64,000 bases of DNA from positions 173,625 to 237,624 of the forward strand of contig CBDDCT010000007.1 in NCBI GenBank assembly GCA_965226185.1, in the 5' to 3' direction. Both the position numbers and the translations under genes were made by a program. Within the stretch, counting starts at the first letter, position 1. Each line of letters opens with the position of its first letter. The notes beneath the pieces are model-generated. The model worked only from the letters and a program-made list of their open reading frames with translations, did no database searches and was not told where the DNA came from. Below are positions 40,492 through 51,069 of this stretch, in pieces. Origin of the DNA: Bryobacterales bacterium (GTDB taxonomy: Bacteria > Acidobacteriota > Terriglobia > Bryobacterales > UBA6623).

Positions 40492-42860
40492 GTTCCTCTG
40501 AACTCAGCGGAAAGCAGGCTTTCAACTTAGTGCCCGCTCCAAGTTTAGATTCTATTGAAAAGCGGCCTTTCAGCAAGCGGGTTCTCTCCTCCATACTGAT
40601 CAATCCCAAACCTGGCTTGCCTTTACTGAGCTTAACGTCAAAGCCCGCGCCACGATCGGTCACGGAAACCTGTATGCCATCTCCAGTCCCCATGAGCGTC
40701 ACCTCAGCTGCTCTCGATCCGGAATGTTTCGCGACATTGCCGAGAGCTTCCTGTGTGATGCGGTAGACCGACAGCGCAACCTCGGCGGGGAAAGACTCAG
40801 GTTCATTGCGGACGTTGAACCCAGTCTTAATGTCTTCGCGCTTGCTGAACTCGGCACAGTAAGTTTGTAACGCCGGAATCAACCCAAGGTATACCAGTTC
40901 AGCGGGATGAAGCTCGTGAGACAAGCGGCGGACCTCATTCGAGAGTTCTACCGTCTCATGCTGAATATGAGCAAGCTCCTCACCGACTTGGGCAGCACCC
41001 CGCGGCAGCTCTTGCGTAATCCTTCCCAACCCGACCGCTAACATGGCCAGCCGTTGATTCAAGCCATCGTGAAGCTCCCTGGCAATTCGCTGGCGCTCCT
41101 CCTCCTGCCCCCTCAGGAGTGCCCCTGCCAACAACGAAAGCCTCTGCTGCTCTCGCAGTCCTTCCTCTGCTTGTTTGCGTTCGGTCAAGTCGGTAACAAA
41201 AGCCACTCCCGCCAGCCCGTCTTCCGTTTCAAAATAGCTCAGGCTAACCTCAGCCGGGAATTCCGTGCCGTCTTTACGAAGGCCGAATAGTTCCAGGCCG
41301 AAACCCATCGAGCGGTTCCGAGGATGGGAGAAATACTCTGCCCGCTGGGGCACGTGCTGGTCACGGAACCGCTGCGGGAGCAGCATCTCGATCGTCCGCC
41401 CGAGCAACTCTCCCCGCGAATAACCGAACATCTTTTCGGCCTGCGAATTGGCAAGAGAGATTCGTCCTTCCCTGCCGACTGCTAAGATCGCCTGCGCCGC
41501 GTTCTCAAGCAGCGATTGGGCCTTCATTTCGGTCGTCCGCAGGTCGCGCTCGGCCCCTAGGCGCTCAATCTCAACTCCGGCTCGTGACGCAAAAGTTTTT
41601 AGCACCGATTCGGCGCTCGGAACTTGTTCCATCGGCTGACGATTCATGACCCCCATGGTTCCAAGAACATTGCCAACCGAATCCAACACCGGAATCGCGT
41701 AATAGCTTTCGCCCCCCAGGTCTTTCAACCAGGGATCATTAGGAAACCGCTCCCGAACGCGGCTAGGGAAATCAGCTGTTTGTTTCCTGACGATGACTTG
41801 CTCGCAAGGTGTATCCGCGATTTCGTAATCAAAGGTTTCTCCATAGTCCTCGCCGACCCAAAAGGAAATCAGGCGTGCTCGTTTCCTCCCATCAACCAGC
41901 TCAGAGACAAAGGCGAACTGAACATGGAACGCCTTTGCCAGGTGCTGAACCAAGGAGCGGAAGAAGGCCTCACCAGCCGCTGAAGATGTGCCCTCGCTGG
42001 TCGACAGCAGGGTCAACTGCGCCTGCTTGCCGTCGTGGATGTCTTGGTTGGAGCCGGCTATTCGGACCGCAGTCCCCGTTTCGTCCCAAATCGCCTGGCC
42101 TCGCGCTCGGAACCAGCGGTAGTGCCCTGATTTTATGCGCAGGCGGTACTCGGCGTCGTAAGGCACGCGGTCTTCAAGGTGAGCCCGTAACGACTCGATG
42201 GCATAGGCTCGGTCATCCGGGTGAAGTATCGATTTGAACGTTTCCAGACCGGTCTCGATTTCTTCAACTTCATACCCCAGCAACTCATACAATCGCGGCG
42301 ACCACCAATTCTCGCCGGTAGTGAGGTCCAAGTCCCAAATACCGTCGTTCGCCCCCTGGACTGCCAGCTGGAACCTTTCCTCGCTATTCCGCAGCGCCTG
42401 CAGGGCCTGCTCGCGCTCGGTGACATCCTGAACCATGCAGCGTATGCCCACGACCGTGCCGTCATCGGACTTGTCCGGATAGTAGCTGTGCTCGTAGTAC
42501 CTCTTGGCCTCTGGGTGAGCGGGAGTCTCGATGTAGGCTTCGCCCCGAATGATCGCTTGCCCGGTTTCGAGCACCTGACGCAGCTGTGACAGCACAGGCG
42601 CCGGCGAGCCCAGCACGTCATTGATTGTCCGTCCCAGGTGCTCCTTCGATGGTCAGTCCATTGATTGCGGCCAGCCAGTCGTTGATGCTCAGGTAGCGCA
42701 GATCCGCATCCAAGCGGCAAAGGCCGATCGGCAGCTCTTTGTAATCGCGATCGCTCACCATTTCTTCAAACCGACGACCTACAATTATAGCCCCGGGGCC
42801 GCCTATCGATGCCTTCCAAACTTTCGCCCGGCATCTCGCAAAGGAGTTCCGGTAAGACAA
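40478..42860 (-). pseudogene. PAS-domain sensor histidine kinase (HisKA_3 + HATPase) with a frameshift near 42620-42630
   Basis: The 712-aa ORF 40478..42616 carries the H-box ELHDGLNQRLAMLAV and an ATPase domain. ORF 42618..42860 (other frame) continues the N-terminal PAS domain (...LSINDWLAAINGLTIEGAPG | RTINDVLGSPAPV). Confidence 0.7.
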
Positions 42861-43114
42861 AAATCGTGCCTGGAGAGAGGATCGAGACCCGGGCCCCCCG
42901 GGGCCGTACTCCCGTCCATCGTCACCGCTATCGACGGTACAAAATCTCGGTGATCTCGGGGATCTCCGTCAGCCCCAAACGCCATCCCCTGGGCCTCTGC
43001 TACCAGCTTTGGTTCCAGAATATCGGGCAGCTGGAAGTCTGCGAGTTCTCGCGGGTATCGGCATCGTGCTGGGAGATTGCAGTGCTCCTCGAGGACGGCT
43101 GCCGGGGTGAAACA

Positions 43115-43162
43115 ACGCGGCTCAGCCCTCCTCAGGTGCACCCCGCAGCGCATAATTCAGGT
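43115..43162 (-). repeat. solo IS-X terminal fragment (~47 bp, 3 mismatches)
   Basis: gcggctcagccctcctcaggtgcaccccgcagcgcataattcagg is the reverse complement of the IS-X left end (cctgaattatgcactgcggggtgcaccggaggagggctgagccgc). Confidence 0.7.
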
Positions 43163-43236
43163 GACATACTCCTTCAACTCGTCTCCGTGACCGCGGCCTC
43201 AAACGGCCGCCATGTGGTCTATTTTCGCTCCGGCGA

Positions 43237-44046
43237 TTACACTTCGCCGGGTCCCTGATTCTCCATGAAAAACGCAAGCTCATAAACGTGGCAAGGCTTC
43301 AAATCACCCCGCAGCAGATGCCGCAAGACGTGCAATGCCGCATAACCTAATTGGTCGGCATCACGGAACCCCGGGACCAGTTGCCCTTCAAACGGCGCCA
43401 GGATACGCCGGTCCCGGAACTCTTCGAGCCCGTCCACCTGAAAACGCTCCGTCGCCGGGTCCCATAGACGGAAGTGCAGTTCGACAACAGGAGGTATTTC
43501 CGGATCGAAGTAGTCGCCTTTCCACAGCCACCCGGTTTTGCGGGCCAGGGGAGGCAAGTGGTCCGCTCTCAGCCGCCCTTTGCCACCCATGGACTCAAAA
43601 CCCAGTTCCACGAGTGCTTGATGGGCCCTTTGGACCTCCGCCGGGGAGCACAACAAATCGAGGTCGTATTGAGCCCGCAGCAGAGGACTGGGCACGAATC
43701 GCGGCGCCTGCAGAAAACCCTTTAGAAGGATGTGGTCGATTCCGAGTGACCGCAAGCGGCCGGCTATCTGAAAATACTCCTGTTTCAGCTTCGCGAATCT
43801 CCGGCTGTTTGCTTCGAAATTACTCTCTGTGCGCCGGCGGACGAATTCAGGCAAGTTCTCCCGGCGCCTGGACGCCAAAAGGAGAGTCAACCCGGAGCGG
43901 TCGCAGTACTCGAGAGCTTGACGCCATTGGACGTCGGAGAGCCTTTGGAGGTGTTCCGCCGAGGAGTGATGGAACCCGAGGGCGCGCAGAACGCCCGCCG
44001 CGCCCGCCGGAAGGCCAGTGAGCCGATGCCATCGAACAGGAGACAC
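43237..44046 (-). CDS. nucleotidyltransferase family protein (NTP_transf_5-like, uncharacterised)
   Basis: 269 aa. Family assigned from general sequence character only. Confidence 0.4.
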   Translation of the reverse strand: MSPVRWHRLTGLPAGAAGVLRALGFHHSSAEHLQRLSDVQWRQALEYCDRSGLTLLLASRRRENLPEFVRRRTESNFEANSRRFAKLKQEYFQIAGRLRSLGIDHILLKGFLQAPRFVPSPLLRAQYDLDLLCSPAEVQRAHQALVELGFESMGGKGRLRADHLPPLARKTGWLWKGDYFDPEIPPVVELHFRLWDPATERFQVDGLEEFRDRRILAPFEGQLVPGFRDADQLGYAALHVLRHLLRGDLKPCHVYELAFFMENQGPGEV

Positions 44047-44277
44047 CTCCCCACTTTACGACGCCCGCCCGCGAGAAAGCCCGGCTACGGCGAATCGCCG
44101 CTCGATGCTCGGTCATGGGTTCAGCGCGGAGGCGAAACGGCGGCCGATTGGGCCAGCATCGAAGTGGTATCGTGTGTAGTTTGACGTTCACGGCGCAAAG
44201 CTTTTCGCCTGGACGGACGATCATGAAGGCGGCAAGAGCCCTCTTGTTGCGCCAGACCCCAGATTTTCAAATCCTAC

Positions 44278-45606
44278 ATGTCCACCAGAAAGCTCGCGTT
44301 TCTATCGATTCTATTGTTGCTGACGCTCGTCGCCACAACCACGGAAGCCTGGGCGGCCGGGGACGAGCACAGCGGCCACATCAAGGTAGCGAACGTCCTT
44401 TTCACCCTTGTGATTCTGTTGCTTGCCGCGAAACTCGGAGGCGAGCTTTTCGAGCGCTGGAATCAGCCGGCCGTGTTGGGGGAACTGGTCTTCGGCGTGA
44501 TTCTCGGAAATCTCAGTCTGATCGGATTTTCCGCTCTGGATCCCATCAAGACCCATGCAGGCATCGCCTTTGTGGCGGAGATCGGAGTCATTCTGCTGCT
44601 CTTCGAGGTCGGGCTCGAATCCAACCTGGACGAGCTGCTAGCGGTCGGATCTTCGGCGGCGATCGTGGCCGTCTTGGGCGTTGTGGTCCCGGTTGCGCTG
44701 GGCTATGGAGTGTCCTACTGGTTTCTGCCGGATTCAGCCTGGTACGTACACATGTTCGTGGGCGCGACACTCGCGGCGACCAGCGTCGGAATCACGGCGC
44801 GTGTTCTCAAAGACATCGGCAAGATGAACACCCCGGAGGCCCGCATTATCCTCGGGGCGGCGGTGGTGGATGACGTTCTGGGCCTGATCATCCTCGCGGT
44901 CGTCAGCGGGCTGGTGACATCGATCGGCGCCGGCGGAAGCTCGGAGATTTCGCTGATACCGGTTCTTACGATTATCGGTAAAGCCGTTGCCTTTCTGGCC
45001 GTTGCCGTGGTCGCCGGGCGGGCCCTGGCGGGCAAGGTTTTGCATCTCGGATCGTTCGCCCGCGTTGCGGGAATGCCGATTATTCTGACGGTTTCCTACT
45101 GCTTCGTGGTGGCCGGCATTGCGGAAGTCATGGGCCTGGCCCCCATTGTCGGCGCCTTCGCCGCCGGGCTGGTTCTCGACAACGCCCACTATAAGGGCTA
45201 CGCATCGATGCGCGAACGAAACATCGAAGAACTGCTGGCGCCCATCAGCACGACGCTGGTGCCGATTTTCTTCGTTTTGATGGGCCTCAAAGTGGATCTC
45301 GCCACTTTTGGATCTTCCAGTGTTCTGCAGTTCGCCGCTGTTTTGAGTCTGGCCGCCATCGCCGGCAAACAAATCTGTTCGCTCGGCGTTTTGGAGAAAG
45401 GCCTCAACCGCCTCGTCGTTGGCGTGGGAATGATTCCGCGCGGAGAGGTTGGGCTCATCTTCGCGGGTATCGGAGCCTCTCTTTTCGTGGCCGGCGAGCC
45501 GGTCTTTTCCTCGGAAACCTTCTCGGCGATAGTCGTGATGGTGATGGTGACAACGCTCGCGACGCCGCCGCTGCTCAAAGCCCTGTTCGGCAATTCGAAG
45601 AAGTAG
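44278..45606 (+). CDS. cation:proton antiporter (CPA1/CPA2, Na+/H+ exchanger family)
   Basis: 442 aa, 11-12 TM helices, signal-like N-terminus, ...NQPAVLGELVFGVILGN... typical of the Na_H_Exchanger family. Confidence 0.85.
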   Translation: MSTRKLAFLSILLLLTLVATTTEAWAAGDEHSGHIKVANVLFTLVILLLAAKLGGELFERWNQPAVLGELVFGVILGNLSLIGFSALDPIKTHAGIAFVAEIGVILLLFEVGLESNLDELLAVGSSAAIVAVLGVVVPVALGYGVSYWFLPDSAWYVHMFVGATLAATSVGITARVLKDIGKMNTPEARIILGAAVVDDVLGLIILAVVSGLVTSIGAGGSSEISLIPVLTIIGKAVAFLAVAVVAGRALAGKVLHLGSFARVAGMPIILTVSYCFVVAGIAEVMGLAPIVGAFAAGLVLDNAHYKGYASMRERNIEELLAPISTTLVPIFFVLMGLKVDLATFGSSSVLQFAAVLSLAAIAGKQICSLGVLEKGLNRLVVGVGMIPRGEVGLIFAGIGASLFVAGEPVFSSETFSAIVVMVMVTTLATPPLLKALFGNSKK

Positions 45607-45873
45607 CACGTTTGACGGCCCATGATGGAGGCACGGTCTCGGCAACTATTGGCGGCGCCCAGGCCGAAAACAGAGCCGCGCCCGCAAGGGTGCGGTCGAG
45701 AGTAGTCCGTGCGTCGGGGCCGCCATCGCAATGCGGTCACTGCCAGACTGGACCGCACCCTTTCGGGCGCGGCTCTGTTCAGAACCCTCGCTCGAAGCTG
45801 AGCGCCTCAAAGGCGGTGGGTTTCGACCTGGCGATTGAAAGTAAAATCGAGACCACCCATAGGAGTTCGAACC

Positions 45874-46248
45874 ATGACTGAAGCGAATACTCTCTACACC
45901 CGGCTTGGAGGCTACGACGCGATCGCCTCAGTCGCCGACAATCTTCTCCCCAGGCTGATGTCCGATCCGCAACTGGGACGATTCTGGGAACATCGAGGAG
46001 AAGACGGTCTTCAGCGTGAAAAGCAATTACTGGTTGATTTCCTGTGCGCGAGCGCCGGAGGCCCCCTTCTCTACACCGGCCGTGACATGAAGATATCGCA
46101 CACGGGAATGAGGATCAGCGAGAGCGACTGGTCACTCTTCTTGGGCCATCTTAACGCTACGCTTGACCATTTCACGGTGCCTGCACAAGAGCGGAGTGAG
46201 GTGCTTGCCTTTGTAGACAGCACAAAGACTGATATCGTCGAGTGCTGA
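45874..46248 (+). CDS. glbN: group 1 truncated haemoglobin (2/2 Hb)
   Basis: MTEANTLYTRLGGYDAIASVADNLLPRLMSDPQLGRFWEHRGEDGLQREKQLLVDFLCASAGGPLLYTGRDMKISHTGMRISESDW. RBS AGGAG before the ATG at 45874. Confidence 0.85.
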   Translation: MTEANTLYTRLGGYDAIASVADNLLPRLMSDPQLGRFWEHRGEDGLQREKQLLVDFLCASAGGPLLYTGRDMKISHTGMRISESDWSLFLGHLNATLDHFTVPAQERSEVLAFVDSTKTDIVEC

Positions 46249-46304
46249 TCCATCCTCGAACCCCAGCCGCGATCGGGCGGCTTCGAACTCCCTGAAACAT
46301 TCCA

Positions 46305-46568
46305 ATCCCTCCAGGCCGGCAGCTTTTCGAGTCTACTGGACTAAGGTGCGGACCCTTACTGGCGTTACCGTTGGCCGCGGTTTTTTCAGCCGCATTCAAA
46401 TGGAGGCGTGGCAGCGCGTGAGCGGTGCGCAAATCGTCGCTGCCTGCGATATCGACCGAAACAAGGCTGAATCTATTGCGGCCGACTTTGGGCTGCGCCC
46501 CTATAGCGACGCGGCGGCGATGATCGAGGCCGAACGGCCCGATTTCGTCGATATCGCCACGCGACCGG
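46305..46568 (+). pseudogene. duplicated 5' fragment (first ~75 codons + upstream) of the Gfo/Idh/MocA oxidoreductase gene at 58243
   Basis: About 88% identical over ~260 bp to 58205-58470 (MRTLTGVTVGRGFFSRIQMEAWQRV... vs MRILTGVTVGCGFFSRIQMEAWQRV...). Homology stops abruptly at about 46568. Confidence 0.8.
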
Positions 46569-46723
46569 GCTTTTCTTAGGGCAGTCTGGAAGCTTTCCTG
46601 TTTCATCCAGCGATAAATGGATGCTTCACTCACATTTGCTCTCTTTGCCGCTCTATCGATCGTATTCGTTAGCAAAAGAGCTTCAATGGACTTGTTCTGT
46701 TTGGTTGTAAGTTGTTCATTCAT
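46560..46723 (-). CDS. orphan HTH-domain N-terminal fragment (MNEQLTTKQNKSIEALLLTNTIDRAAKRANVSEASIYRWMKQESFQTALRKA)
   Basis: HTH-like 52 aa, lower-GC DNA. The reading frame then runs antisense into the duplicated oxidoreductase fragment, so only the N-terminal piece is likely real. Confidence 0.3.
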
Positions 46724-47133
46724 AAGGGTTGACTTTTCTCAATGAGAGTATTTGAGAGTCTGTGAGAGGTTTTCTGGCTTTTGGGTCCCGCCGGGGCCGT
46801 GGAATGGTTGTCCTCTCCTTTCTGTTGCAACTGAGTCATTGTTGGTTTTGCCGCTCTTAGGATAACAAGCCGATCTTGGGATTCCTTGCGGGCGGCGGGT
46901 AATTCTGTTGAAAACAAAGGGACTATATTTATGATTTATCCGTGACTGAGTTGGGGTGATTTGCGGTTCTGGGGGGGAGCGGTGTTTTGGGGCCAAAGTG
47001 GCGCGCCGGTAGCCGGTTCGGCCGTTGGGTGGGGCGTTCGCTGGTCAGCGACTCGTCGCCGCTTTGCGTAGGAGCCTTGAGCATCGAGAGGGAGTTAGGG
47101 CTGGACCGGGTGAGAGTCGGCCGGTACCATTTC

Positions 47134-47184
47134 GGACGCGAATGCTGGTCGGACGCGAATGCTGGTCGGACGCGAATGCTGGCA
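47134..47184. repeat. 17-bp tandem repeat x3 (ggacgcgaatgctggtc)
   Basis: Seen directly, inside a ~1.1-kb stretch (46580-47700) without a convincing ORF. Confidence 0.8.
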
Positions 47185-47701
47185 CGGCACGCTCCCAGGG
47201 TAGCCGGCCGGCGCTGCTGAAGGCGTTGAAGAGGTTTGGGGCAGCGGATTGCTGAGGAGTTGGGTTCGTTTTGGTCGTGTTTCCCTTTCGCTGCTCGGTT
47301 GGCTTTGTCCTGCGTCCATCGAAAAGTCGTAGCGTTCCCGCTTTCCCCGTCCCCATCAGCCCCGGGCGTCGGCTTAAGCCGCAGCAAGGCGGTCGGCCAC
47401 CTTCCGGTGGGGATAGTCACCGTGTTTTCGTGGCAGGCTGCAGGCGATTCCGCAAGAGTTGACAATAAAACCCGGTGACTTTCCCCATCAGCCCTAAGTT
47501 TTGATTTTTTCACACCTTCCCGTCCCCGAACTCCCAGCGCTACTTCCCCCGGACTTCCCACGTGATATACTGAAGCGCACGACCCGACCGCTCATTGCGA
47601 TCGAGCGAGTGCCTTCGAATTCGCGCTCCTACTTCCTAGTCGGGGTCCCTTGGACCTCAATCCACTTACCAGCTTCTATCGCCTGGAGGAACTGATTTTC
47701 T

Positions 47702-48572
47702 GTGGCTACTGTTGACAACGCACGGATAAAAACCGCCTTCGCTTGGCAGTACGGGTCAAAGCTGGAACAGTTGGGGCACTTACTAGCCGAAACATCGGGG
47801 CCGGTTGTAGCAATCTCACGCAAGGGTCCCCGTTTGCTTGAGTTGGCAGCTAGGGAGAATCTCATCCCCAAAGCAATTCTCGAAAGAGTCACAAGCGAAC
47901 GTGCTCTAGCACTCGACCTGTCTTCAGCCACAGGTTTAGGTTCGCTGGTTGTGTTCGACGACATCTGCATTTTCGGGTCCACTTTCCGGAGGATTGCCGA
48001 CGTAGCCACTGAAGTGTTCGGTGAATCTAGGGTCCGAGGGGCACTTTTTGCTGTAGGAAGCCAGGCAAGGGAAGAAAACATCAGGCTCGCGACTCACCGC
48101 GTATTTGGGCTGCCCGCTGATCATTTCTGTCAATTTATCAACAGCGAAATAGCCGCTTTCAATGCACTTGACAAACCGTACGATATCGACCACCCGATCT
48201 TGTACGTGGACCTTCTAAACGAGGTCACGACTGCGGCATTGGAGAAGGTCTTCCTGACGGCGGCGTCTGCTTCCGGCGGGTATCCAACGTTCCACCGATT
48301 TGCCCGAGCTGATCACGGCATCGAAGAGCGTGCGGCCTGGACGTTACTGGCAGCCGAGAAGGGAAACAGAACTGGGAAACGGCGTACGGTGTCTCTCCGC
48401 AAGGTGCGGTGCTATTACAATCGAGCCCGACAACGACTTGCGATTGTTCCAATTGCACCTGAACAAGACACATTAGAAGGTTTGGAGCTAAGAGTGGCAA
48501 GCTTGCCTTCAATCGTACAAGAGCCTTGGCGCGACTTTCGATCTGCGCTCCTTGACAGCGACAAGTATTCCA
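47702..48572 (+). pseudogene. 5' part (290 codons) of a split ~931-codon gene; N-terminal type I phosphoribosyltransferase-like domain. The current stop is supplied by IS-X
   Basis: PVVAISRKGPRLLELA...SLVVFDDICIFGSTFRRIADVA resembles the PRTase hood/PRPP-binding loop. The stop TGA at 48575-77 lies inside the IS-X left end. Confidence 0.75.
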
Positions 48573-50373
48573 CCTGAATTATGCACTGCGGGGTGCACCG
48601 GAGGAGGGCTGAGCCGCCAGGGGCCATTTGGGGGACCCCCGAAAACATGGGGTAATAAGGTAGGCTGGCAAAGATTTCAGCTTCGCCAGTCAACCCCAAG
48701 GAGGTCACCCAAATGGTTACCAAGCGAAAACAGCATAGCTCCCGAAGGCCCGTCAAACAAGGCCGGGGCGCGAGGGCCCCGCGGCCCAATAAAATCGGGG
48801 CTGCCACGCCTTATCACTTCCGCGGCAAGAATCTGACTCCCTACGGCGGCTTGCTGCCCGTCGCCACCCTGCTCGAAAAACTCGGCTTCCAGGCGCTGCT
48901 GGAAGAAACCATCACGAACAAACGAATCACCCGTGTGATGAGCCTCTACCAGTTTGTGCTGGCCCTCGTGCTGGGCCTCTATGTCGGCTTTGCGCGGCTG
49001 AACCAACTCCGCTTCATCGCCCGCGACCCCATCTTGACCGGCATCTTGCAAGTGACGCGTCTGCCGCCGCAGTCCACGCTGTGGCGCTTTCTGGCCTCGC
49101 TGCACCTCAACGTGGCGAAGCAGATCCTTTCCATTCAGCGCCAGCTGCGGGAACGAGTCTGGGCCGCGGCCCAGGTGAAATTGGAGACGGTGACGCTGGA
49201 CACCGACACCACCGTGCACACGCTCTACGGCCGCCAGATGGGCGGGCGCAAGAGTTACAACCCCAAGAACAAGGGCAAGCGCAGCTACCAGCCGATACTG
49301 ACTTTCCTGGCCGAGACGCGCGAATACCTGATGGGCGGGTTGCGCAACGGCGACCGGCCCACGGGCCGGCAGATCGCCGCCCACCTCGAGAGCGCCTTTC
49401 GGGCTTTGCCGCACGGCGTGAAGAAAATCCTGGCGCGGGCCGATTCCGGGTTTTATTGCTGGGAGGCGGTGGAGGCCTATGAAAAGGCGGCTTGTCAGTT
49501 CGTCATCGTGGCGCGCAAGACCAGGCGGCTGGTCGAGCAGTTGCAGCAAGCGGCCTGGAAGCCCTCGCCCCACAGCGATGCGGATGCGGAATGCGAATTC
49601 CTCTACCAGCCGCAGGGCTGGGCGCGGGCCTGTCGTTTCCTGGCGCTGCGTTACGAAAACGAACCCGCGGCCGGCGCGGCCGAGCAATACCAGCTGTTTG
49701 CCACCAGCGCTTACACCTACCGCGTGTTTGTCACCAACCTGGCCGAACCGATCGCGGCGGTGGTGTGGTTTTACAATCAGCGCGCCGCAGCCGAGAACCT
49801 CATCAAGGAGGCCAACAACGACGCCGGGCTGGCGGCCCATCCCTCGCGCCGCTTTGACATGAACCGCAATCACTTTCAGCTGGCCATGCTGGCCTACAAC
49901 CTCAACTGCTGGCTGCTGCTGTTCAACCGCGAAGCCCAAGCCAGCGTGGAGACACTGCGGCACACCACCCTGGCGACGGCGCGGCTGCGCTTTCTGTTCG
50001 TGGCGGCCAAGATCTGGCGGCACGCCGGCAGAACGGGTGTCAGCTACAGCGATCATTATGAGGAAAAGGGCCTGTTTGAACGGCTGATGCGGCGGCTGCG
50101 GGCGATGGGGCCACCGGGATCGAGCTTCGCGCCGGTGGTGGAGGGTGCGCTGAGTTGAGGGGCGCTCCATGCATAAAATTTCATGCACTCGCCGCAACGT
50201 ACTGGGAACACGCCGCTTGCCCGCCCGCTTTTGCCCGCCGGGATTGGCAGGCGGCTCAAACAGGGAGGGAAACAGAGGAAAAGACGACTTGCTAAATCAC
50301 TGAGTTGACACGACTGCCGCTACCGCCACAACTCCATCGGCGATGGCTACGCCGAATCGGTGCATAATTCAGG
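48573..50373 (+). mobile_element. IS-X copy 2 (identical to copy 1), 5-bp TSD TTCCA
   Basis: Direct repeat ttcca at 48568-72 and 50374-78. Transposase ORF 48713..50158 is identical to 32814..34259. Confidence 0.9.
48713..50158 (+). CDS. IS1380-family DDE transposase (IS-X), identical second copy
   Basis: 481 aa, identical to ORF 32814..34259. Confidence 0.85.
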   Translation: MVTKRKQHSSRRPVKQGRGARAPRPNKIGAATPYHFRGKNLTPYGGLLPVATLLEKLGFQALLEETITNKRITRVMSLYQFVLALVLGLYVGFARLNQLRFIARDPILTGILQVTRLPPQSTLWRFLASLHLNVAKQILSIQRQLRERVWAAAQVKLETVTLDTDTTVHTLYGRQMGGRKSYNPKNKGKRSYQPILTFLAETREYLMGGLRNGDRPTGRQIAAHLESAFRALPHGVKKILARADSGFYCWEAVEAYEKAACQFVIVARKTRRLVEQLQQAAWKPSPHSDADAECEFLYQPQGWARACRFLALRYENEPAAGAAEQYQLFATSAYTYRVFVTNLAEPIAAVVWFYNQRAAAENLIKEANNDAGLAAHPSRRFDMNRNHFQLAMLAYNLNCWLLLFNREAQASVETLRHTTLATARLRFLFVAAKIWRHAGRTGVSYSDHYEEKGLFERLMRRLRAMGPPGSSFAPVVEGALS

Positions 50374-50539
50374 TTCCAACAAATTTTCGAAACTCCGGAA
50401 CCGTTCTGTCGCAACTTGGACCAACTACCTGCTTGAACTATGTGCACTCAGAGCCGAGGTCGACCGTCTTCGGCGCACTCTTGCGGTCGCCGGTCTTGCC
50501 CCTCGCTCCGCCAAAGTCGTCATTGATCGGTTTGATTTA
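50374..50539 (+). pseudogene. middle 54 codons of the split gene (between IS-X copy 2 and MITE M1)
   Basis: In frame with both flanks after excision: NKFSKLRNRSVATWTNYLLELCALRAEVDRLRRTLAVAGLAPRSAKVVIDRFDL. Confidence 0.7.
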
Positions 50540-51069
50540 CCTGAATTATGCACAGATTCACTTTGCGAGTGTGGCTGCGTTCGTAGCGGGTTGGCGGTCG
50601 TCGTGAGGTGGTAGCTCGGCAACTGGTCTTTTGGCTTCTCCGTCCCCGGTTTCCCTTCCCGCCCAGATTCCGCGTCGTCAAAACCTCGCTCGGAAGTGAC
50701 GTGTTTCCAGTGCGTTACGGCTAGTGCATAAAATTTTATGCATAGCGCATAGCCAGGCTCTCAGATCAGCGCCCTCCCGACCACCGGCAGAAAGCCGCCG
50801 TAGGGAGTCGGCTTCTTGCCGCGGAAGTGGTAAGGCGTCGAAGCCCCGATTTTATTGGGTCGCGAGGCCGTCACGGCTGGGCCTTGTTGGACGGGCCTTT
50901 GGGAGCTATGCTGTTTTCGTCTGGTAACCATGTGGGTGACCTCCTTGGGGTTGGCTGGCGAAGCTGGGATCTTTGCCAGCCTACCTTTTTACCCCATGTT
51001 TTCGGGGGTTCCCAATGGTCCCTTGCGGCTCAGCCCTCCTCAGGTCCACGCCGCAGTGCATAATTCAGG
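50540..51069 (-). mobile_element. IS-X-derived MITE (M1, ~530 bp): both IS-X ends plus the first ~57 transposase codons, internal deletion; 4-bp TSD TTTA
   Basis: Ends cctgaattatgcac / gtgcataattcagg. Internal sequence about 90% identical to the IS-X termini. ttta at 50536-39 and 51070-73. Confidence 0.85.

Noticed and set aside
50855-51069. N-terminal 72 aa of ORF 50855..52837 (MGREAVTAGPCWTGLWELCCFRL...) as the real start of that protein.
   Set aside because: This stretch is antisense read-through of the MITE (the same peptide also appears at 56287..56730 on the other strand). The real coding sequence enters from the upstream split-gene fragments.
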